From Dendrobates tinctorius (taxonomy: Eukaryota), in assembly GCF_039654945.1 (NCBI RefSeq), contig NW_027361804.1, forward strand, positions 6,510,001 to 6,574,000: a stretch of 64,000 bases of DNA. The letters run 5' to 3'. Positions 55,806 through 64,000 of the stretch are shown here, in pieces. The translations under genes were made by a program, and so were the position numbers. The notes beneath the pieces were generated by a model. That model did no database searches, had not been told where the DNA came from, and saw nothing but the letters and a program-made list of their open reading frames with translations. Within the stretch, counting starts at the first letter, position 1. The number at the start of each line of letters is the position of its first letter.

Positions 55806-55959
55806 CTAAAGGGGAAACCAAATGGTCGTCAGCACATCTGAAGCTTAAGCAAATGACGCCGACTACAGAAGATGTTAGCTACTTCCTCTCTCTGTGAGAG
55901 CGAAACTGTGATTCGATTGCCTGGAAGAGTTAGTGGAGTCCCTCTGAGGTCTGCTATCG

Positions 55960-56905
55960 ACGACTTACCTGCTGTGAACGTGTAGAGGACACTGCAGTCT
56001 CGGAGCTGGAGGAGGAGAAGTTGGCTACTTCTATGGGGACGGGGGATGATCACTTACTGTGATTGCCGTGACGTGCGCTACGGACGACTTACCTGCTGTG
56101 ACCGTGTAGAGAACGCTGCGCTCTCAGAGCTGGAGGAGGAGAAGTTAGCTACTTCTCTCTATGGGGACGGGGAATGATCACTTACTGTGATTGCCGTGAC
56201 GCGTGCTACGGACGACTTACCTGCTGTGACCGTGTAGAGAACGCTGCGCTCTCAGAGCTGGAGGAGGAGAAGTTAGCTACTTCTCTCTATGGGGACGGGG
56301 GATGATCACTTACTGTGATTGCCGTGACGCGCGCTACGGACGACTTACCTGCTGTGACCGTGTAGAGAACGCTGCGCTCTCAGAGCTGGAGGAGAAGTTA
56401 GCTACTTCTCTCTATGGGGACGGGGGATGATCACTTACTGTGATTCCCGTGACGCGCGCTACGGACGACTTACCTGCTGTGACCGTGTAGAGAACGCTGC
56501 GCTCTCAGAGCTGGAGGAGGAGAAGTTAGCTACTTCTCTCTATGGGGACGGGGGATGATCACTTACTGTGATTGCCGTGACGCGCGCTACGGACGACTTA
56601 CCTGCTGTGACCGTGTAGAGAACGCTGCGCTCTCAGAGCTGGAGGAGGAGAAGTTAGCTACTTCTCTCTATGGGGACGGGGGATGATCACTTACTGTGAT
56701 TGCCGTGACGCGCGCTACGGACGACTTACCTGCTGTGACCGTGTAGAGAACGCTGCGCTCTCAGAGCTGGAGGAGGAGAAGTTAGCTACTTCTCTCTATG
56801 GGGACGGGGGATGATCACTTACTGTGATTCCCGTGACGCGCGCTACGGACGACTTACCTGCTGTGACCGTGTAGAGAACGCTGCGCTCTCGGAGCTGGAG
56901 GAGGC
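55960..56905 (-). repeat. 128-bp tandem array spanning the MANSC4 exon end and 5' splice site
   Basis: The donor (ACTTAC on +) recurs at 56852 (native), 56724, 56596, 56468, 56343, 56215, 56087 and 55963. Confidence 0.96.
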
Positions 56906-56992
56906 AGCTCTCGGGCTCGGGGCAGTGCACCAGGTGACAGTCTCCGCTCTCAGCGCTCGTCTCGGAGTAAAAGACGGCCACGTTGCACGAAT
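56858..56992 (-). CDS. MANSC4: MANSC4 second coding exon
   Basis: DSCNVAVFYSETSAESGDCHLVHCPEPESCLLQLRERSVLYTVTA; 135 nt, phase 1-1; CAG/GTAAGT. Confidence 0.92.
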
Positions 56993-57097
56993 CTGGGAAG
57001 ATAGGGTAGAAATGCGATTACGAAACGCAGCAGAGGGCTTGTTCCATGTGCGTGCGACCTGCGCTGACACACTGCAGCAGAAGTGCTCCTGCGTTAC

Positions 57098-57335
57098 CTT
57101 GGTGGCAGCACTTGTGGCTGCACTTTTGGGCGGAGGGCTCCGGACGCCTCAGTAACAGCCGGGCTCCGCGCTGCTCCGATCCGGAGAAACTGAGGACTAG
57201 TCCTGGGAAGCGTCTGATCCAGCAGCCATGGTAGAAGGCGGTGTGTGGGCACAGGGCGCTGGGCAGGGAGCAGATCCAGGGCACGTCCAGGAGGGAGAGG
57301 AGCAGGAGACTCACCGACTCCACACTCACTGCCAT
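57098..57335 (-). CDS. MANSC4: MANSC domain-containing protein 4, first coding exon
   Basis: Signal-peptide-like start, then LCPHTAFYHGCWIRRFPGL...KCSHKCCHQ (MANSC4-type CWIRRFPGL). Donor GTAACG. An upstream TAG acceptor at 57345-57347 implies a 5'UTR exon. Convergent with MRPS35, as in human. Confidence 0.9.
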
Positions 57336-57670
57336 CACCGGGGGCTATGGGGTGGGGGGTCCTACAGGGGGACAGGAAATGTATGGGGGTCTCAGAGCTG
57401 CAGCCAATCATCCGCTCAAACCTTCTAATACTTTGTGTTCCAATTCCTCTCCGTTCTCAGGATCTCTGCTTACCGTCACAACCCAGCAGCACAGGGGAGA
57501 CATTAGTGCTGCTGACGTGTATCATTGTCCAGATACAATTGTCACAAACCCTCAGCTGTGAGAAGGTTAGCTCAGGATGGGCTAATTGTGCTACAATGTA
57601 ATCACACGGCAAGTGGCGGGAAGTGTAAAATGCAGGAGACAAGGGTGTGAATATAGTGTTATAGTATCTA

Positions 57671-59295
57671 CAGTGGGTACGGAAAGTATTCAGACCCCTT
57701 TATATTTCTCACTCTTTGTTTCATTGCAGCCATTTGGTAAATTAAAAAAAAAGTTCATTTTTCTCATTAATGTGCACTCTGCACCCCATCTTCACTGAAA
57801 AAACCCCATAAATATAGAAATGTTTGCAAATTTATTAAAAAAAGAAATACTGAAATATCACATGGTCATAAGTATTCAGCCCCTTTGCTCAGACACTCAT
57901 ATGTAAGTCACATGCTGTCCATTTCCTTGTGATCCTCCTTGAGATGGTTCTACTCCTTCATTGGAGTCCAGCTGTGTGTAATTACACTGATAGGACTTGG
58001 TTTGTAAGGGCGCACACCTGTCTATATAAGACCTCACAGCTCACAGTGCATGTCACACCAAGTGAGAATCATGAGGCCAAAGGACCTGGCCAAGGAGCTC
58101 AGAGACAGAATTGTGGCAAGGCACAGATCTGGCCAACGTTACAAAATAATTTCTGCAGTACTCAAGGTTCCTAAGAGCACAGTGGCCTCCATAATCCTTA
58201 CTTGGAACAAGTTTGGGACCACCAGAAGTCTTCCTAGACCTGGCCACCGTCCAGCCAAACTGAGCAATCGTGGGAGAAGAGCCTTGGTGAGAAAGGTAAA
58301 GAAGACCCCCAAGATCACTGTGGTTGAGCTCCACAGATGCAGTAGGGAGATGGGAGAAAGTTCCACAAAGTCACCTATCACTGCAGCCCTCCACCAGTCG
58401 GGCCTTTAAGGCAGAGTGGCCCCACGGAAGCCTCTCCTCAGTGCCAGACACATGAAAGCTCCCATAGAGTTTGCTAAAAAAACACATGAAGAACTCCCAG
58501 ACTATGAGAAAAAAGATTCTCTGGTCTGAAGAGATGAAGAGAGAACTTTTTGGTGATAATTCTAAGCGGTATGTGTGGAGAAAACCAGGCACTGCTCATC
58601 ACCTGCCCAATACAATCCCAACAGTGATGCATGGTGGTGGCAGCATCATGCTATGGAGTTTGTTTTTCAGCTGCAGGGACAGGACGACTGGTTGCCATTG
58701 AAGGAAACATGAATGCGGCCAAGTATAGAGAGATCCTGGATGACAACCTCTTCCAGAGTGCTCTGGACCTCAGACTTGGCCGAAGGTTCACCGTCCAACA
58801 AGACAATGACCCTAAGCACACAGCGAAAATAACAAAGGAGTGGCTTCAGAACAACTCTGTGACCATTCTTGACTGGCCCAGCCAGAGCCCTGACCTAAAC
58901 CCAATTGAGCATCTCTGGAGAGACCTGAAAATGGCTGTCCACCAACGTTCACCATCCAACCTGACGGAACTGGAGAGGATCTGCAAGGAAGAATGGCCGA
59001 GGATCCCCAAATCCAGGGGTGAAAAACTTGCTGCATCATTCCCAAGAAGACTCATGGCTGTACTAGCTCAAAAGGTGCGTCTACTCAATACTGAACAAAG
59101 GGGCTGAAGACTTATGACCATGGGAGATTTCAGTTTTTCTTTTTTAATACATTTGCGAAAATTTCTACATTTCTGTTTTTTTCAGTCTAGAGGTGCAGAG
59201 TGTACAGTAATGAGAAAAAAATGGAAATTTTTTGCATTTACTAAATGTCTGCAATGAAACAGAGTGAAAAATGTAAATACTTTCCGTACCCACTT
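57671..59295 (+). mobile_element. Tc1 (DD34E) transposon, full length, degenerate
   Basis: TA|CAGTGGGTACGGAAAGTATT...AATACTTTCCGTACCCACTT|TA. Transposase from ATG 58071 is broken by a stop at 58407 and a frameshift. QQD-34 aa-E. Confidence 0.93.
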
Positions 59296-59632
59296 TATGT
59301 GTGTGTATTATATACTGTGTAATGTGTATATTGTACAGTGGCTTGCAAAAGTATTCACTTCTCTTAGCTTTTTTCCAAATTTGTTACATTACAACCTGTG
59401 TGTAAATATTTTTGTAATCGGATTTGTGTGTGACACAGCAGCATTAAATAGTGTAAGTTGGTGAAGTGTGAAAAATCTCGGCATCAATTTCAATTATGGG
59501 ATCAAATAAGTAAAATTGACGTGCATATGTATTCATACCTTTTGTTTTGAAGCCCCTCAACATTTCTGGTGCAAACAATTCCCTTCATAAGTCCCATTCT
59601 TAGTGACAGACGTCCCCCTGTGTGCAATCTAA

Positions 59633-59956
59633 AGCCCCCGTTACACACTGCGATATCGCTGCATGTGATACCTCCGACCGGCTCCCCCGCTGGTTATCGC
59701 TGATCGCACGAGAACATCCTGGACCGTTTCTCGTCGTCAGCTTCCTGCTGGGGCTTCCTGTGGCGCCGACAAGCGACGCGTGGAGCCGGGCGGGAGGACG
59801 CAGGATCGCCGCGTCTGACAGGTAAGTAGCGACCCCCGACCACCGGTATGTCGCTGGTGAGATCTGCCTGTTTGGCAGCTCACTAGAGACCACCTAGCGA
59901 TGCACCAGCGATCCAGACCGCGTCATATCACTGGTGCATCGCTAGGTGTAACGGTA
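59633..59956. mobile_element. MITE inserted in a Tc1 element
   Basis: GC/CpG-rich ~320-bp block with inverted ends CCGTTACAC / GTGTAACGG, interrupting AT-rich Tc1 leader sequence. Confidence 0.6.
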
Positions 59957-60044
59957 TAGTGTCACCTGGCTGTCAATAGACTTTACCTTCTCTGTAAGGT
60001 CACAGAGGATGCAACACCATTCACAAGATGCTCCACTAACCAAA

Positions 60045-60667
60045 CACCACCAAGAAGACCAAGGAGCTCTCCAAAACAACAACAGGATGGCCAAGGAGAT
60101 CTCCAAACAACACAATGAAGGCCAAGGAGATCTCCAAACAACACAATGAAGGCCAAGGAGATCATCAAACAACATCATGAAGGCCGAGGAGATCTCCAAA
60201 CAACATCATGAAGGCCGAGGAGATCTCCAAACAACATCATGAAGGCCGAGGAGGTCTCCAAACAACATCATGAAGGCCGAGGAGGTCTCCAAACAACATC
60301 ATGAAGGCCGAGGAGATCTCCAAACAACATCATGAAGGCCGAGGAGATCTCCAAACAACATCATGAAGACCGAGGAGATCTCCAAACAACATCATGAAGA
60401 CCGAGGAGATCTCCAAACAACATCATGAAGACCAAGGAGATCTCCAAACAACACAATGAAGGCCAAAGAGATCTCCACACAACACAATGAAGGCCAAAGA
60501 TATCTCCACCCACCACCATGAAGACCAAGGAGATCTCCAAACAACATCATGAAGACCGAGGAGATCTCCACCCACCACCATGAAGACCAAGGAGATCTCC
60601 AAACAACATCATGAAGACCGAGGAGATCTCCACCCACCACCATGAAGACCAAGGAGATCCCCAAATA
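60045..60667 (+). repeat. ~31-bp minisatellite at the Tc1 transposase start, ~20 copies
   Basis: ATGAAGRCCRAGGAGATCTCCAAACAACATC units; the last copy runs into the transposase relic. Confidence 0.93.
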
Positions 60668-61140
60668 AGTCAAGGACAAAGTTGTAGAGAAGTACAAGTC
60701 AGGGTTGGGTTATAAAAGAAAAAAAATATCAATCTCTTATGATCCCCTGGAGCATCCATCAAATCCATTATCATCAAATGAAAAAGAACATGGTACCACA
60801 ACAAACCTGCCAAGAGAGGACACCAACCAAAACTCTCAGCCCGGGCAAGGAGGGCATTAATCAGAGAGGCAGCACAGAGACAAGAGCTAACCCTGAAGGA
60901 GCTGCAGAGCTCCCAAGCAGAGACTGGAGTATCTGTCCATACGACCACAATAAGCCGTTCACTCCATAGAGGTGGCCTTTATGGAAGAGTGGGCAGAAAA
61001 AAGCCTTTACTTACACACATATTGTGAGACTTGTTTTGACTTTGCCAAAAGATGTGGGAGACTCCCCTAATGTAGCAAGGTGCTGTGGTCAGAAGAGACC
61101 AAAATTGAACTTTTTGGCCACCCAGCTAAATACTGTCTGA

Positions 61141-61320
<180 letters not shown>

Positions 61321-61486
61321 TGAGACTAGGACAGAGGTTCACCTTCCAACAAGACAATGACCCAAAGCAACACTCGAGTGGAGTAAGGGGGAATGTGTAA
61401 ATGTTCTGGAGTGTCAGTCACAGCCCAGACCTTAATCTAATGGAGAATCTGTGGAAAATTGCCATGAAAATCGCTGTTCACCAGAG

Positions 61487-62437
<951 letters not shown>

Positions 62438-62667
62438 TATATATTATAGTGTGTAACAGACAAATACACATATGTATAATAATGAGTGTATAGTGTACAC
62501 AAGTGTGTAATTATGCCATGTGTGCTGTGTATTCCACAGTATATGGTCTGTAATGTGGATATAGTATATACAAGTGTTATATATAATGTGTGACGTGTAT
62601 ACTGTACACTATACATATATATCGGCATACTATGTGCATAGATTATATATAACAGTGTGATGTGTAG

Positions 62668-62895
62668 ATCACAGAATCCTAGAATATTAGAGTTGGAAGG
62701 GTCCTCCATGGTCGTGTCTGACACCCCCCTCCCGCTCAATGCAGGAGTCACTAAACCCTCTTAGACAGTTGTCTATCCAGCCTCTGTTTGAAGACTTCCA
62801 TTGAAGAAGAACTCACCACCTCTTGTGGCCGCCTGTTCCACTCTTTGATCTCCATCACTGTCAAAGTTGTTTCTAATATCTAATCTGTATCTTCC
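62668..62895 (-). mobile_element. CR1 LINE 3' fragment
   Basis: Minus strand ends CCCTTCCAACTCTAATATTCTAGGATTCTGTGAT (CR1 tail). Upstream relic RLDIRNNF..KEWNR.PQEVVSSSSMEVFKQRLD resembles the CR1 ORF2 C-terminus. Confidence 0.85.
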
Positions 62896-64000
62896 TCCTT
62901 TCCCCTTATACATGTATAAGATCCATATTGGCCCCTCGCAGTGCTTTTCCTCGGGGTATCAGCCTCCTGTATGAGTGTGCACTCACCTCTGTACCAGGCG
63001 CCGGCCCCATGTGTTGACTCATGCTGCTCCTCGCCTCTCATGGTTCTCTCCTCTCCAGATTTCAGGATCCCACCTGAATGTCTCCTCCTCTCCTCTGTCA
63101 CACAGTCCCCTCCTGCCCTCTGGGTCGGACTTGGGGGAGGGGGACACGCACATAATTGGCTGAAAATTTAAAAGAAACCAAAGTCTGGAATATAAAACTT
63201 TTCTTCAGAACTTTTTTTTTGGATGGGAGGAGGGGCCGCAGGGGAGATATTAATCTTTTAATTCAAATATAATTGAAAGAAGCAGAAAACAAGTTTCAGA
63301 TTAGTTTTGTAGGATGAAAAAGTGGCGAAATTTTAAAATCTGCTGTGAAGGGATCGGAGACTGATGGGAAAGATGAGAAAGGCAGGTGGACAGTAGATTG
63401 AACATGGGGACAGCTTAAATATTTAGTGCCCATGGGTAAAAATCAAGGCCTCTCCTGCATTAACTTCCTATTAATAGCACTACTGCACCTTTATGTGGCA
63501 GGAGCATTAGTGATGTCATTCTCTGCTGGGTACCGCCATGGGGTCTCATTTGACCCCCTGCTTTAAATATGGCTATAGGTAGGCCCAGGGGGGCAAAATC
63601 CTCTTTCTCCACCATTAGGGATGTGATGTTAGGATGGCTGAAGGTGTCCTGTGCCAAAATCAACATCCTCATAGGAATGTATTAGCCAGATGGTTCTGCT
63701 TGCTATCAGTGAATGGTATTTTTTTTACTCCTGAAAAACAAAAGCTTGTCCTGATCTAATTACTTCTCACTGATGTTAGAGTTGAATCCTGAGTAGACAA
63801 TCCTCTGTGAACTATACACAAAAACAGCACAAATCTCTCTCCTATGCTGAAAGTTTGTTACAGTGTATCAGTGTGTAGTCTGTTTAGCTCCCAGAGGATT
63901 TTGTGGAGTGGATACAACTTTCAGCCGTGGGACACATTAACTCTACAGAGGTTTTCAGTCTCTGGATGTAAAGAAGAATGATAAGCGTGACATTGTGTAT

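Overview
Vertebrate genomic DNA, most likely a frog (inferred from gene order and repeat families). It is not prokaryotic: I found no CRISPR array, rRNA or tRNA. Three spliced genes can be built exon by exon, with GT-AG sites and consistent phases. (1) A KCNQ1/Kv7.1-like potassium channel on the - strand: exons 1-13 at 35778->304, with the 3' exons outside the window. It lies beside MRPS35/MANSC4 rather than in the mammalian KCNQ1 neighbourhood, so it is probably a second KCNQ1 paralogue. (2) Complete MRPS35 (+, 8 exons, 317 aa). (3) The complete MANSC4 coding region (-, 3 coding exons, 336 aa). Roughly 60% of the window is tandem minisatellite/satellite DNA with 22-128 bp units. There are also Tc1/mariner elements (one with DD38E spacing), MITEs and a CR1 3' fragment. 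Most long ORFs in the supplied track are repeat artefacts. The most notable observations are: the KCNQ1 paralogue; a 30-bp micro-inversion that flips the transposase ATG; a 128-bp array in MANSC4 that multiplies an exon end plus splice donor into potential poison mini-exons; three arrays sharing a CTCF-like core; and a minisatellite born from a transposase start codon.
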